Below, piece after piece: positions 9,736 to 19,800 of a stretch of DNA of 64,000 nt. The stretch is from IMG/VR virus record IMGVR_UViG_3300005534_000011, positions 1 to 64,000 of that record; one strand, 5' to 3'. A model generated the notes under the pieces. That model was not told the DNA's origin. It was given only the letters and a program-made list of their open reading frames with translations, and searched no databases. The DNA comes from a virus. The stretch's first letter is position 1, and each line of letters begins with the position of its first letter. A program made the translations under genes and the position numbers.

Positions 9736-10068
9736 ATGTCTTGGCTCAAGTGGCAATCCGGTCGGCAAGAGAGCGGCTACTCCAAACTCCTGCTATTGCA
9801 AGGTAAGAAATTCGATTTCTGGCTCCTTCGGTTCACGGAAGGTTCTTGCATCAATTGGCATGTAGATAAAGTCTATGCAGGTAGGCATTTCCGATTGAAT
9901 GTTTATGTCAAGAGTGCTGAGATTGGTGGTGAATTCCGAACCACCGGATCAATCATCAAGAACAGATTCTTCTGTTTGTTTCGCCCGGATATTCACCGAC
10001 ATTCTGTAACGATGGTCAATAAAGGCTCTCGTTATGTATTATCATTTGGTTTTGTTTTAAAAGAGTAG
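9736..10068 (+). CDS. 2OG-Fe(II) oxygenase
   Basis: HVD...H...R facial-triad pattern (WHVD, GGEF, HSVT, RYVLS). Confidence 0.75.
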   Translation: MSWLKWQSGRQESGYSKLLLLQGKKFDFWLLRFTEGSCINWHVDKVYAGRHFRLNVYVKSAEIGGEFRTTGSIIKNRFFCLFRPDIHRHSVTMVNKGSRYVLSFGFVLKE

Positions 10069-10071
10069 ATT

Positions 10072-10563
10072 ATGATAACAATTCGCAAAAAGACTCCCAG
10101 TAAATCGTGGAAATTGATTCGTCAGAAAAGTACCGGTAATATTTTGACCGATGATCATTGTCTGTATCAGCAAGATCCGGCATATATCAAAAAACTGATC
10201 ATCGAAGCTCATGATGCAATCGCCAACGGTGGTACTGCACCCAATCATAAATTTGGCGCTTATTACTACTCGTTTACTGGAACTTTCGAAGACTACGAAC
10301 AACTGGATCATATTCCGGTAATGCGTGGTGAATTCGAATTTGATAGTATTCACAACGGCACCAGTAGCATTCAGATTTACTTCAAATCTCGTGCCGGTGG
10401 GAAATATACCCTGAAAGGTAATGATGCGAACAATTTCTTTCAGAAAGTTGGTCAGGGCAAAATTCGGATGTCTGGTGATGGGTTCTATGAATTCAATTTC
10501 ACTTTCACCAAATCGTCTACCAAGGTTTTCATGATCCTTGAGCCAGATAATGCTCATATCTAA
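10072..10563 (+). CDS. hypothetical protein
   Basis: 163 aa ORF in the operon. Confidence 0.6.
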   Translation: MITIRKKTPSKSWKLIRQKSTGNILTDDHCLYQQDPAYIKKLIIEAHDAIANGGTAPNHKFGAYYYSFTGTFEDYEQLDHIPVMRGEFEFDSIHNGTSSIQIYFKSRAGGKYTLKGNDANNFFQKVGQGKIRMSGDGFYEFNFTFTKSSTKVFMILEPDNAHI

Positions 10564-10765
10564 ACCGACCTACGCCTACACAGGCACCGGGAAGAACAAG
10601 GGCGGCGTGTATGAATTGGTATTGGATTCCACGGAACACAATACCATCAAATGCGCCGGGACTCTGAAACACATAGAAGTGGTTATGTATCGAGATACCA
10701 CAACCCATCAGATTTATCTGAGGGAAAAATCCGACTTCCACAACAAAATGAAGCTCATTCAATGA
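10550..10765 (+). CDS. DUF1653-like protein
   Basis: KGGVY.....VVMYR....YLRE..DF pattern. Confidence 0.5.
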   Translation: MLISKPTYAYTGTGKNKGGVYELVLDSTEHNTIKCAGTLKHIEVVMYRDTTTHQIYLREKSDFHNKMKLIQ

Positions 10766-11337
10766 CTATATTAGTAGGTGGTATCGGTCGTTACGAAAAG
10801 GGCCGATACGCTGGGTGGTCGAGTGGTAAGAATACCAAAGAGTACAATTTGTGGGACTCAATGATCAAACGTTGTATCCCATGTGGTTCTGAGCAAATCC
10901 GCCATCCATCCTACATAGGATGTTCGGTTCATCTAGATTTTATCAAATTCCAAGACTTCGCTGAATGGTGCCAACATCAAATAGGATTTGGTAATGACGG
11001 CTGGGCATTGGATAAGGATATTCTCGTACCCGGTAACAAGGTCTACGGACCTGATACCTGTGCGTTTGTGCCACGGCAATTAAATCAATTGTTAACCCAC
11101 AAACGTTCGACTCAGGGTGAATATCCAACCGGTGTAGATCATCATAAACGCACTGGGAAGTATCGAGCTAGCATCGGGATCGACGGTGTGCAGACGCACA
11201 TTGGCTATTTTGAAACCCCAGAACAAGCAGAATGTGCTTATAAACAGGCCAAGCTATCGGATATCCGTAGACACGCTGAAATCTGGAAATCCAAATTGGA
11301 CCTTCGGGTCTATGAAAGGCTAATGAACTATGAATAA
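10762..11337 (+). CDS. HNH-type homing endonuclease with AP2-like domain
   Basis: W.SM..RC, Y.GCSV..DF..FQ.F, LDKDIL..GNKVYGPDTC; C-terminal AP2 motif IGYFETPEQA. Confidence 0.8.
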   Translation: MTILVGGIGRYEKGRYAGWSSGKNTKEYNLWDSMIKRCIPCGSEQIRHPSYIGCSVHLDFIKFQDFAEWCQHQIGFGNDGWALDKDILVPGNKVYGPDTCAFVPRQLNQLLTHKRSTQGEYPTGVDHHKRTGKYRASIGIDGVQTHIGYFETPEQAECAYKQAKLSDIRRHAEIWKSKLDLRVYERLMNYE

Positions 11338-11851
11338 AGTCACTACGAACACCGGACTGGAAATTTATGATATCCCAAAACTCGAACGATCCGATTGGGA
11401 ACATCTGGTCCCATTTGGATTTGCCTGCGGTGAATATATGTTTCGCTGCTCCGGCTGCAAGGAATGCTGGGAAGGTGTTGATAAGCGATCTTCTTATTGT
11501 TTTGAATGCGCCAAAACCAGACATGCCGAATATCGAGTCGAAATCGAAAATTTCGATCCGCTTGTTGAAATCCAGAAAGTCTCCCGAATCGTCGGGAACA
11601 CCCGAGAAAACCAGAAAGATGTTCTGGCTAGCGCCCTCGAAGAACTGGGAGAGCTTTCCGTTGAGGTTCGAATCGCCCACGGAACAAAACCCGGACCTGC
11701 CGGGGTTGATGGCATCGTAGGTGAAGCAATTGATGTTATCCTTTGCGGCTTCGACATGATCCATACCGAGCTTGGTGAATTGAACCCGGATGTCATCTAT
11801 CCGATCATGAAAAAGAAGCTCGCCAAGTGGCAGAGAAAATATTCGAAATAA
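11330..11851 (+). CDS. MazG-like nucleotide pyrophosphohydrolase with N-terminal Zn finger
   Basis: EELGEL...GEAIDV...KLAKW; CxxC pairs. Confidence 0.7.
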   Translation: MNKVTTNTGLEIYDIPKLERSDWEHLVPFGFACGEYMFRCSGCKECWEGVDKRSSYCFECAKTRHAEYRVEIENFDPLVEIQKVSRIVGNTRENQKDVLASALEELGELSVEVRIAHGTKPGPAGVDGIVGEAIDVILCGFDMIHTELGELNPDVIYPIMKKKLAKWQRKYSK

Positions 11852-11912
11852 AAAGCTTGCACCCGGAACAGAATGCTGTATTCTGATCGAAATCAAACAC
11901 AGCAAGGAATGA

Positions 11913-12248
11913 ATGATGACCTCGGTTACCCCAATCTTCGATGCATTTGTTGAATTCTGTTCCGGTCGGCCCATGGCTCAACCAATCGACCATAGCTCCT
12001 ATACCACCTGTGCGGTAGGCCAGTTCTGGGTCTATAACTACCCTGATGGGTCCAACCATGACAACATCAGTGCATCTAGGTTGATGTGGAGAATGGTAGA
12101 CGAAATCGGATCGATTTCGTTGGAATTGATGAAAACATTCAACCAGTACATCGGCAATGCTGCGATGACTGGAAATATCCCAACCTTCGGCCATCTGGCG
12201 GCATGGTTGCATCGATTTCAACATGATGTAAAAGAGGCTTCGCAATGA
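11913..12248 (+). CDS. hypothetical protein, paralogue family B (H..xxTCAVGQF)
   Basis: PIDH..YTTCAVGQF ... PTFGHLA. Confidence 0.65.
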   Translation: MMTSVTPIFDAFVEFCSGRPMAQPIDHSSYTTCAVGQFWVYNYPDGSNHDNISASRLMWRMVDEIGSISLELMKTFNQYIGNAAMTGNIPTFGHLAAWLHRFQHDVKEASQ

Positions 12249-12445
12249 TTATGTGGACAATTGGTTACCTCCTGATGTGGGTAGTTGTTATCTGGGTCGG
12301 GTGTGTTGGTGTATTCGCAGCATTGGTCGGTAGTCAATTCCAGAAGGAATTGGGTTGGGTTGGGATTGTAATGATCCTTATCAGTGCCGGATGTGGGTGG
12401 AAATTGATGCAATGTATCAACATCACAGTTAACCTGCCGGTTTAA
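12245..12445 (+). CDS. small membrane protein
   Basis: Two hydrophobic segments. Confidence 0.5.
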   Translation: MIMWTIGYLLMWVVVIWVGCVGVFAALVGSQFQKELGWVGIVMILISAGCGWKLMQCINITVNLPV

Positions 12446-12453
12446 GGAATTGT

Positions 12454-12891
12454 ATGAAAACCGTAAAAATCAAAGATTTTCGTCAAGGTAAAACCTTCTA
12501 CTCCGTGATGGCATTCCCTCTCGATGATCGGATGAGGGGAAATGCTGAAGTTCAGGTGTATAACATCGAATCGATTGCCCATAAACATCCAAGTCGCGGC
12601 CCATCTGATACTATTTCTAGTTTTCTGAGGGATACCCTCTGGTTTAACACTAGTGAGTGGCGTAAGGATTATTTCACGAAGGTTCCAACACTTCGGAAAA
12701 GTTATCATTCCATTACCGATTCTGGTGTTGGTGTTGGCAAGACCAATTACAACTTCCACCGGGTGTTTAATACCCGGAAACAGGCCCAGCGGTATGCAGA
12801 TCGGATGAACTCCGGCTGCCTCACTCATGAAGAACGTATTCACGCTGAACATTTGAATGATCGTCGTATGATGGTTAGTTGGTACGACTAA
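12454..12891 (+). CDS. hypothetical protein
   Basis: AAGGA RBS, 145 aa. Confidence 0.6.
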   Translation: MKTVKIKDFRQGKTFYSVMAFPLDDRMRGNAEVQVYNIESIAHKHPSRGPSDTISSFLRDTLWFNTSEWRKDYFTKVPTLRKSYHSITDSGVGVGKTNYNFHRVFNTRKQAQRYADRMNSGCLTHEERIHAEHLNDRRMMVSWYD

Positions 12892-13184
12892 TGCACGTTC
12901 CTTATTCGATGGATGATAGCGAACCAGATTTGGGGTGTGGGTTTGGCGGTATCACTCAAGATGACCACAAAATAGGTTGGCGGGATTATGAAACCGTTCA
13001 TATCCCACCGGAACCAAAGCCTGAATTTGTGTTCATGACTGAAATGGATTTGGTGAAATCGGATGTGTTTATGAAGCATATCCGAATGGCGCTGAAGGGC
13101 AAAGATCGACAGATCCATGAACTCCGGCTTGAAATTCTTGAATTATCGCAAAGTCTTGGGCGGAAAATTATTGATAAGGGATAA
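12891..13184 (+). CDS. hypothetical protein
   Basis: Coupled ORF. Confidence 0.5.
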   Translation: MHVPYSMDDSEPDLGCGFGGITQDDHKIGWRDYETVHIPPEPKPEFVFMTEMDLVKSDVFMKHIRMALKGKDRQIHELRLEILELSQSLGRKIIDKG

Positions 13185-13446
13185 TTGCGACGAATTCATA
13201 TTATTCGTTGAAGAATGCTCGTTTGATGGTGGTATTGACATATTCGAGCGGATCGCAGATGTAAACTGGAATAAACCAAATTCCGACCCTGATATCAGAA
13301 TCACTCGTATGTCATCTTATGGCCCTCAAACTCCGGGTGGTGAATATCATGGTGAATTTGATATAGGGAATATTACTTTCTGGTTTCATCTTGAATCCTC
13401 AAATATTCGGGGTGATGTAATGCACTCATGGGAAATGCACGAATGA
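13117..13446 (+). CDS. hypothetical protein (start uncertain)
   Basis: Fills a gap in the gene run. Confidence 0.45.
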   Translation: MNSGLKFLNYRKVLGGKLLIRDNCDEFILFVEECSFDGGIDIFERIADVNWNKPNSDPDIRITRMSSYGPQTPGGEYHGEFDIGNITFWFHLESSNIRGDVMHSWEMHE

Positions 13447-13664
13447 AAACTTGGTTGCGAAATCTGGTGGAACGTCCCCAGAATATGATGGAAATCGGAA
13501 ATGCTGCTATGATCGACCTCAATGAAGTGTCGGCTGTCTACAAAGAAGGGTTTTCACTGGTAATTCGAATCGGTGGTATGGGTGTGATCAAGCTCGAATC
13601 ACGCCAGTTGTACCAATCGGTTGATTACACCTATAAAGCTATTGCAGAAAGGTTGCTGAAATGA
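13443..13664 (+). CDS. hypothetical protein
   Basis: ATGA coupling. Confidence 0.5.
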   Translation: MKTWLRNLVERPQNMMEIGNAAMIDLNEVSAVYKEGFSLVIRIGGMGVIKLESRQLYQSVDYTYKAIAERLLK

Positions 13665-14062
13665 TCATCAATAAAAATTCGTGGCACTACAAATTGGTCT
13701 GCCATTTCAGTTCCGGTTGGGCTGTACCTGATAGTTTGTGCCCATATGTCCGGGCACTCATTCTGTACATGCTCCTGTGTGTGGTAATGGCCTTTGGTGC
13801 AATTGCATTGGTAGTTGTGTTTATTTGGGGTCCGATCCAAACTTGGTTGGGCTGGGCTGGTTTGATGCAACTGAACGAAAACCAATATACTGCCGGGATT
13901 GTAGTTCACGGCATTTATGTAATGGGGTTTCTCAGTTGGCTCACCAAGAAGTTTTGGATTGACAAACCAACCAAAACTTCACCGCCGAAGGAACCATCTA
14001 TTTTTATGGAATACCTCAAGGCCAAGAAACAAAAGCTGTGCCCGATGTTGACTTTCAAGTAA
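13661..14062 (+). CDS. membrane protein
   Basis: SWHY...LCPY...TM helices...YLKAKK.K.CP, a phage membrane-protein pattern. Confidence 0.65.
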   Translation: MIINKNSWHYKLVCHFSSGWAVPDSLCPYVRALILYMLLCVVMAFGAIALVVVFIWGPIQTWLGWAGLMQLNENQYTAGIVVHGIYVMGFLSWLTKKFWIDKPTKTSPPKEPSIFMEYLKAKKQKLCPMLTFK

Positions 14063-14079
14063 TTACAGGAAATTAGAGA

Positions 14080-14274
14080 ATGAGTACAATTTTTACAAAC
14101 CCAAAAGGTGAAGTTGTTTGGGAACATCACGAAACCTTTACCCCACAAGTCGGGACCATGTATCAACAAGATGGTTGGGTATTCAAGGTTGATCATGTGG
14201 AGCTGCGGGTTATCGAAGATACTTCCGGCCCAATGGTGTTCAAACAACTCAAATCGTTTGTCAAGTTGGTATAA
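14080..14274 (+). CDS. hypothetical protein
   Basis: Coupled ORF. Confidence 0.5.
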   Translation: MSTIFTNPKGEVVWEHHETFTPQVGTMYQQDGWVFKVDHVELRVIEDTSGPMVFKQLKSFVKLV

Positions 14275-14462
14275 TGAACCTTACCGGGAACACCCGCTAT
14301 CGAAGTAACTGGTTGGGTAAGTTGATCCTTCAGGTTGAATATACCTATGAAGAATCCGGTTGTTATGATATGGATTGGCGTACTGTTATTCTCTGGAGAG
14401 ACGCAAAGGTCGAAGACCTAACCGGTATTAAGGTATTTTTGAGTAATCAAAATGATCAATGA
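14274..14462 (+). CDS. hypothetical protein
   Basis: LTG.TRYR...KLILQVE...WRDA.VEDL. Confidence 0.55.
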   Translation: MNLTGNTRYRSNWLGKLILQVEYTYEESGCYDMDWRTVILWRDAKVEDLTGIKVFLSNQNDQ

Positions 14463-14991
14463 AACTCTGTACACCTGCCATGCATGCAACGGCCATAGTC
14501 GATTTGAATACGATTTGAACCAATCGATTGATTGTGCTGTGTGCAAAGGTGAAGGTTACGTTCCTCTCGAACTGCTGGACGTTAAACCAGTCAAAGAATC
14601 GATTGACGAAATGTTCCAATGCAAAGGTATTTTAGCGATGGCTGGGGTAACCGAATTCTCCCAAGGTATGAGAGGGTCGATCCCATTCAAGATTGGGGAT
14701 AAGTTCAAAACCCTGCGCGGAATTGAAGTCGAATGCATCCAGCTCAGTGATACCAAAGGCTATGAAACCGCCCGGTTCTCTGATGGTGGATGGCGATATA
14801 ATCGGGATAGTGATCGTGGACGGGCAACCGCCAGCCGCTGGGATGACCCATGGAACATTTTACCGAAATACCCGGAACCTACAGAACCTGTGTGGGGTCT
14901 ATGTCCACACAAAAAACAATCTGGTGGATGTAAATTCCACAACCTTCAATGTGGGTATCCAAAATGTGATACCACACCAACCGAGAAATAA
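14452..14991 (+). CDS. Cys-rich hypothetical protein (DnaJ-type CxxCxGxG motifs)
   Basis: CHACNG, CAVCKGEG and a C-terminal C/H cluster. Confidence 0.6.
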   Translation: MINETLYTCHACNGHSRFEYDLNQSIDCAVCKGEGYVPLELLDVKPVKESIDEMFQCKGILAMAGVTEFSQGMRGSIPFKIGDKFKTLRGIEVECIQLSDTKGYETARFSDGGWRYNRDSDRGRATASRWDDPWNILPKYPEPTEPVWGLCPHKKQSGGCKFHNLQCGYPKCDTTPTEK

Positions 14992-14994
14992 AGA

Positions 14995-15285
14995 ATGATT
15001 ATCGCCCTCGCAATTTGCACCGACAAACAACTGTTCCAATTCGTTCGTGAACTCCCATCTGATTATCCGACTGATGACGAAACTGCATCGGTGATTGCTG
15101 GATACGCCCTTGACAATCTCTCGAAGTCGTGCGACCAAACCGAAGTGTTTACCAACGCAATGGTTACCACTCTTCAGGTAGAAGATCAAGGATTTGCAAA
15201 TCTGATTCGGAATTGGATTTACAAACACCTCGAAGTCGAACCGACCAAGGTGTCCGCAGTTCATACAGCTCAACAAGCTGAGTGA
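14995..15285 (+). CDS. hypothetical protein
   Basis: ORF followed by a terminator. Confidence 0.55.
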   Translation: MIIALAICTDKQLFQFVRELPSDYPTDDETASVIAGYALDNLSKSCDQTEVFTNAMVTTLQVEDQGFANLIRNWIYKHLEVEPTKVSAVHTAQQAE

Positions 15286-15293
15286 TTTGATAA

Positions 15294-15320
15294 AAAAGCC
15301 TCGGGAAACCGGGGCTTTTT
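15294..15320 (+). terminator. Rho-independent terminator (identical core at 29146-29172)
   Basis: AAAGCCTCGG-GAAA-CCGGGGCTTTT. Confidence 0.8.
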
Positions 15321-15389
15321 ATTTTGTAAAAGTGTTTGTATTCCGAATCAATCGTGGTAGAATTCCCACATCGAATAGGAGATTCCAAT

Positions 15390-15785
15390 ATGGCAGTTAA
15401 TCAAATGCATCCTTGTATGTGGTGTCAATACCCACTGCATCAGATGCAAACAGATTGTCCAGAGTGTGATGCTCCAGAAAGCCCTGAACAAAAAGCTTTG
15501 GTTGACAAGGTGATTCGATCTGAAGCCGCTCTGCGCACCGTTCGCAATTTGAAGCTGAAACAAATGAGCATGGATAAAACCCGTGCGGAAAAGCTTCAAG
15601 GTACTTATCCATCGGATGGTGAATATCAACCCGAATTCGAGCTATGTGATGCTTGGGGTAATATCATCGTATGGGAAGTTAGTAGGCAGCGTTGGGCGAT
15701 TGTTTCTCTGACTCACTGGGATCTGTACAAGGTCTGTTATCCACATTGGGCATATCTGCCCCAAACCCCGGAAATAAAATTATGA
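15390..15785 (+). CDS. hypothetical protein with N-terminal Zn ribbon
   Basis: CMWC..CPEC; AGGAG RBS; upstream promoter TTTGTA-N17-TAGAAT. Confidence 0.6.
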   Translation: MAVNQMHPCMWCQYPLHQMQTDCPECDAPESPEQKALVDKVIRSEAALRTVRNLKLKQMSMDKTRAEKLQGTYPSDGEYQPEFELCDAWGNIIVWEVSRQRWAIVSLTHWDLYKVCYPHWAYLPQTPEIKL

Positions 15786-16381
15786 ACATCGACGGTTATG
15801 TAGTAATCAGCGGCGACGAATTGTCTACGAATGCTGCCAAAATGTTGGATCACTACCAGCATCGAAACGAACTCCGGGTGAAACTGGATCTTGACAATGA
15901 ATTGGCGTTCAAAGCCTCTCAGGATTCTCTGGCGATTGATTTGGATGATTACCGGGCATATGGCCGTGCATGGACTGATTACCTGATGGCAGTTGATCGT
16001 GCGACCATTTATGAGCCTATCAAGCTCTTTGGGTTCATCCCAGTTGGTCGCCGAGAAAAATTCAGTGCGGTTAAGTGTTACCAATCACTGAAAAATACCA
16101 ATGACAACTTCTGGCGACATATCAGCATTTTCAATCTTGAATATCTGACTGAGAATGAAGTTGCCAATTTCCGAGATTACTACCTCGGTAAACATCCTGC
16201 ATATACCAACAAGTTTAATCTTGAATTCCTTCAAGGTTTGATCGGACTGCCTAAAAAGGAAGTTGTGTATCTGAGTATCACCGATTACCAAACCTACAAG
16301 AAATGGTGGACTGGTTATCGTTCTGCCGGTGAAATTCAACCATGCGACCTGCTTGTTGAATCTAATGGTGACATTGTATGA
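15782..16381 (+). CDS. hypothetical protein
   Basis: 199 aa coupled ORF. Confidence 0.6.
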   Translation: MNIDGYVVISGDELSTNAAKMLDHYQHRNELRVKLDLDNELAFKASQDSLAIDLDDYRAYGRAWTDYLMAVDRATIYEPIKLFGFIPVGRREKFSAVKCYQSLKNTNDNFWRHISIFNLEYLTENEVANFRDYYLGKHPAYTNKFNLEFLQGLIGLPKKEVVYLSITDYQTYKKWWTGYRSAGEIQPCDLLVESNGDIV

Positions 16382-16632
16382 TTACAGCACAGGAAATTAA
16401 AAAAGAATTACAGGTGATCAACCAATGTCAAGGGTTGGATGTCTGGATTACCGGCACCATCAAGCCATTGTTCATCCGAAGTATGGGTACTCCTATTACG
16501 GTTGATACCAAATTGGTAAGTTGGCCGCCAAACCCATTCGAAGCTGCCATGCGTCTACGTGGGTTTAATGTGGCATGGGAATGTGCGGATCGACCTTGTT
16601 CCAGTCCATATTGGACTATTTCGTTAGATTAA
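16378..16632 (+). CDS. hypothetical protein
   Basis: ATGA coupling. Confidence 0.5.
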   Translation: MITAQEIKKELQVINQCQGLDVWITGTIKPLFIRSMGTPITVDTKLVSWPPNPFEAAMRLRGFNVAWECADRPCSSPYWTISLD

Positions 16633-16659
16633 CAGCGTTTTCATCAAATAGAGATTAGA

Positions 16660-16947
16660 ATGAATCAAGAACACCCAAAATATCCGGGCTTTTACTTTGT
16701 ACCTCTGGAAACAGATCCAGATTTGATCGAATTAACCTTGGCAGAACGTCAAGTAATGTTGTCCGAAGAAGGCAACTATGCGGTCATGCTGGCGGATATG
16801 TCCAATCCAAGTTATCAGACTGACGTACACTGTGCGTGTGATAACGCTCGAATCCCAACCCATCGTCACAAAGAAAATCTGGTTCACAAAACCGATGGTT
16901 TCAAAGATTACCTGCAACATCGGGTTGCTGCGGTATTGATGCATTGA
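16660..16947 (+). CDS. hypothetical protein
   Basis: ORF in the gene run. Confidence 0.5.
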   Translation: MNQEHPKYPGFYFVPLETDPDLIELTLAERQVMLSEEGNYAVMLADMSNPSYQTDVHCACDNARIPTHRHKENLVHKTDGFKDYLQHRVAAVLMH

Positions 16948-17234
16948 GTATATGTGACCATAAATCAGATGACTGCACATGCCCGTTTGCATTCACAATG
17001 GCATCTGAACAGGCTCAGAATTACGGATGTCTCCCAGAGCCGTGGGATATCCGTAATATGCGGTTTCATCATGGTAAGACATGGGCATGTCATTCAGACC
17101 CAACCAAACCTTGTATCGGTGGATTGGAGTTCCTGAAAGAACGTAATGAACCTTACAAGATCATTGATACCGTTCTTCTGACATTAGACGATGATTGGTC
17201 AAAATTTGTACAACCGGTGCCTAATGAACATTAA
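16944..17234 (+). CDS. Cys-rich hypothetical protein
   Basis: CPFA..SE..QNYGCLP...WACHS....C.G. Confidence 0.6.
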   Translation: MSICDHKSDDCTCPFAFTMASEQAQNYGCLPEPWDIRNMRFHHGKTWACHSDPTKPCIGGLEFLKERNEPYKIIDTVLLTLDDDWSKFVQPVPNEH

Positions 17235-17451
17235 AAATTTGCTGTCTTTGTTGGGTGAAGCCCCGGATGGTCAATTGGATCATTCGATGGCGAGCAAGTT
17301 CGCTGAAATGGCGAAGCGTGATACCAATCCAACCGCCAAAGAAGTTTGTGACATCTTGGATCAATCTGCATATGCCTCCTTGGCGAGTGGGTTTACCATG
17401 ATTGTTATGGACACTCTATGGAAACAGTTGTTGAAATTAGAGGCTGCGTAA
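17224..17451 (+). CDS. hypothetical protein
   Basis: Overlapping coupled ORF. Confidence 0.5.
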   Translation: MNIKNLLSLLGEAPDGQLDHSMASKFAEMAKRDTNPTAKEVCDILDQSAYASLASGFTMIVMDTLWKQLLKLEAA

Positions 17452-17694
17452 TGGGCTACGTCGAATGTACCCGATGTCCTTGGTGGGCTCATTGGAAATT
17501 CATGGGGCCGAACTACACATGCCCTAAATGTGGATCTGCTACAAGGAGTTTGGATTGATCCCATCATTCATGCTGCCTATGCCGCCTAGAAAATCCAAAG
17601 AACAATTACTTCAAATCGAAAAGGATTTGATGGCGGCTAAGATCATGGAGTCCTTGAAGAAATACCAACCAAAAAAGACCAAGAAGAAATCAAA

Positions 17695-18048
17695 ATGATC
17701 TATAAAATGTACCTAGACGATGTTAGAGATCCATATAACGACTATGTGTTGGTCCGATCTATGGATGCTGCCATCAAATACATCAAATCAAATGGGTTCC
17801 CGCAAGTGATTTCGTTTGACCATGATTTGGGTATGGTTGGATCTAAAACCGGAAATCTCTGGGTCGGTGCGGAAGTCGAAGCTCCAACAGGATATGACTT
17901 CGCCAAATGGTTGATCGAACAGGATATGAATGATCCGTGGATGCTGAAAAACAAATTCAGGTTCTATGTCCATTCCGCGAATCCGGTTGGTGCGGCCAAT
18001 ATCAAAGGGTTATTGGTGAATTACATCAATTACATCAACCGCCCATAA
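17695..18048 (+). CDS. cyclic-phosphate-processing receiver-like domain protein
   Basis: LDDVR.P, ISFDHDLG, TGYD and HSANPVG motifs. Confidence 0.75.
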   Translation: MIYKMYLDDVRDPYNDYVLVRSMDAAIKYIKSNGFPQVISFDHDLGMVGSKTGNLWVGAEVEAPTGYDFAKWLIEQDMNDPWMLKNKFRFYVHSANPVGAANIKGLLVNYINYINRP

Positions 18049-18132
18049 GAGCTGTAACGAAATCGTTACAGCAAAAAGTCTTGCACCCATCAGCGAATCG
18101 TGACAGAATTGGTCACATCAAAAGGAATCGTA

Positions 18133-18330
18133 ATGAATATCAAATTTCGTGAAAATCTGAATCGTTATCAAGTAGACGTGATCGTCAACGGTCAGGTTGT
18201 GTATTCCAATAACGAATATCGTGGGGCCGCTGAATGGGCCAAGCTTCGATATAATCTGAGTGACCGTGATCTGGAAATGATTTATCGCGATTACAAAGAA
18301 GACCTCGAATCCGACGATGATGAGGATTGA
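18133..18330 (+). CDS. hypothetical protein with acidic C-terminus
   Basis: AAGGA RBS after a promoter-like TTGCAC box. Confidence 0.55.
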   Translation: MNIKFRENLNRYQVDVIVNGQVVYSNNEYRGAAEWAKLRYNLSDRDLEMIYRDYKEDLESDDDED

Positions 18331-18557
18331 TTGTGGTGTACATGTCTTGTCATCAATTACGGGCTGAAGTCAAAAAACTTCAGATCCAGCTTCAAACGAT
18401 GACTGAGTTACACCAATCAGCAGTTGAACATATTGAACACCTTGACAAGAGGATTGCATCAATGACTTCAACTGCAACGGTAATCATCGAATTGAATGAT
18501 GAACCGAACTACAATATCACAGGTGGGTTTATCGATGATTACGTTAGCAACTCTTAA
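18327..18557 (+). CDS. hypothetical coiled-coil protein
   Basis: Coupled ORF. Confidence 0.45.
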   Translation: MIVVYMSCHQLRAEVKKLQIQLQTMTELHQSAVEHIEHLDKRIASMTSTATVIIELNDEPNYNITGGFIDDYVSNS

Positions 18558-18906
18558 AGATGCAACCGAGCAGCAAGTCTTTGATCAGGTTGCAATCCAT
18601 ATGATCAAACAAGGTAAGAAATCTCTCACCGGTGTTGGGAATTGCGCGTACCGTGGGGTTGATGGGTTGAAGTGTGCGGCTGGATGTTTAATTGCGGATG
18701 ATGAGTACAACCCCGCATTTGATATCGAAAATAATTCATGGTATAAACTGGTCGATAATGGTTATGTACCAGATTACCATAGTAAATTGATTATTCAGCT
18801 ACAAAGACTTCATGATAATTCCCCTGAGCGTCATTGGGAAAGTGAGTTGAGGGGTATGGCATTTGGTAGGGGTCTATCTGATGAGGTGTTGAATGATCCG
18901 GTATAA
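18535..18906 (+). CDS. hypothetical protein, paralogue family A
   Basis: CAYRGVDGLKCAAGCLIADDEY ... LQRLHD. Confidence 0.7.
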   Translation: MITLATLKDATEQQVFDQVAIHMIKQGKKSLTGVGNCAYRGVDGLKCAAGCLIADDEYNPAFDIENNSWYKLVDNGYVPDYHSKLIIQLQRLHDNSPERHWESELRGMAFGRGLSDEVLNDPV

Positions 18907-19126
18907 CATTTCAGCGTATGTCAATCACACTTATAGTTGGGGTGAACCATCCCAACAAGCCGTTATAGCAATTGACGAATCCGTTAAAGGTGATTGGGTA
19001 AAGTTTGGAGATGTTGAAAAATATATCCGGGCGGAACATTATCATCTAACTGAAATCTCGGAATTACGGGCTCAATTAGATCGTGCTAATGCAATGATTG
19101 CCCTATTCATGGAAAATGTTAAATGA
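18893..19126 (+). CDS. hypothetical protein
   Basis: GDWVKF.D motif; GAGG RBS. Confidence 0.5.
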   Translation: MIRYNISAYVNHTYSWGEPSQQAVIAIDESVKGDWVKFGDVEKYIRAEHYHLTEISELRAQLDRANAMIALFMENVK

Positions 19127-19223
19127 CATACATTCTTGTTGGCATTATCGTGATATTGGTATCGGTAATCTTTGTTGCTGGTTTTATGGTATGCAGATTC
19201 ATTAGCAAGTTCAAGGCATTCAA

Positions 19224-19481
19224 ATGAAAATTACGATTACTGATTTGGATCATCCAACTAATGCCGAAAAGGAAAGCAGGATTTCTGTCGGCGCTGGTAG
19301 TATTCAAAATGGCATGGTCGAACATGCTCTATTTTTCAAGAGCAACGGCCAAAGTCTAACCACGATTACCGACCGAGAATCGCTGGTAAAGCTTCGGGAT
19401 GGATTGGATCAATATTTGAGGGACCATCCAGAACCTAAACAACTCGGTGCAAGAACTGATGGTCTTTACACATGGTTCTAA
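19224..19481 (+). CDS. hypothetical protein
   Basis: ORF in the gene run. Confidence 0.5.
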   Translation: MKITITDLDHPTNAEKESRISVGAGSIQNGMVEHALFFKSNGQSLTTITDRESLVKLRDGLDQYLRDHPEPKQLGARTDGLYTWF

Positions 19482-19528
19482 TGGTCGGTGCATGCATCAA
19501 TTGTTATAAATTTCGAAGGTGAGTTTAA

Positions 19529-19753
19529 ATGAAATATATTTTGATTATAGCAGCACTTTTGATGCTAGGTGGTTGCGAAGGCAAATCCAATGCGGAAATC
19601 GCGATTCACTACTCGGAACATGGTCAGAAAATCATGGATCGGGCAGGTGAAGTTTGTAAGAATTGGGTTGTATATTACTTCGTTGCCTATGACCGTGGTG
19701 GAATGTTGGCACCCGCGTTTAATCAGGATTCCACTGTTAAAACCTGTAAATGA
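19529..19753 (+). CDS. putative lipoprotein
   Basis: Lipobox LGGC. Confidence 0.6.
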   Translation: MKYILIIAALLMLGGCEGKSNAEIAIHYSEHGQKIMDRAGEVCKNWVVYYFVAYDRGGMLAPAFNQDSTVKTCK

Positions 19754-19800
19754 TTGAATCAATCCATACCCTTGTTGAATAAAATTTTAGAGAATATAGA

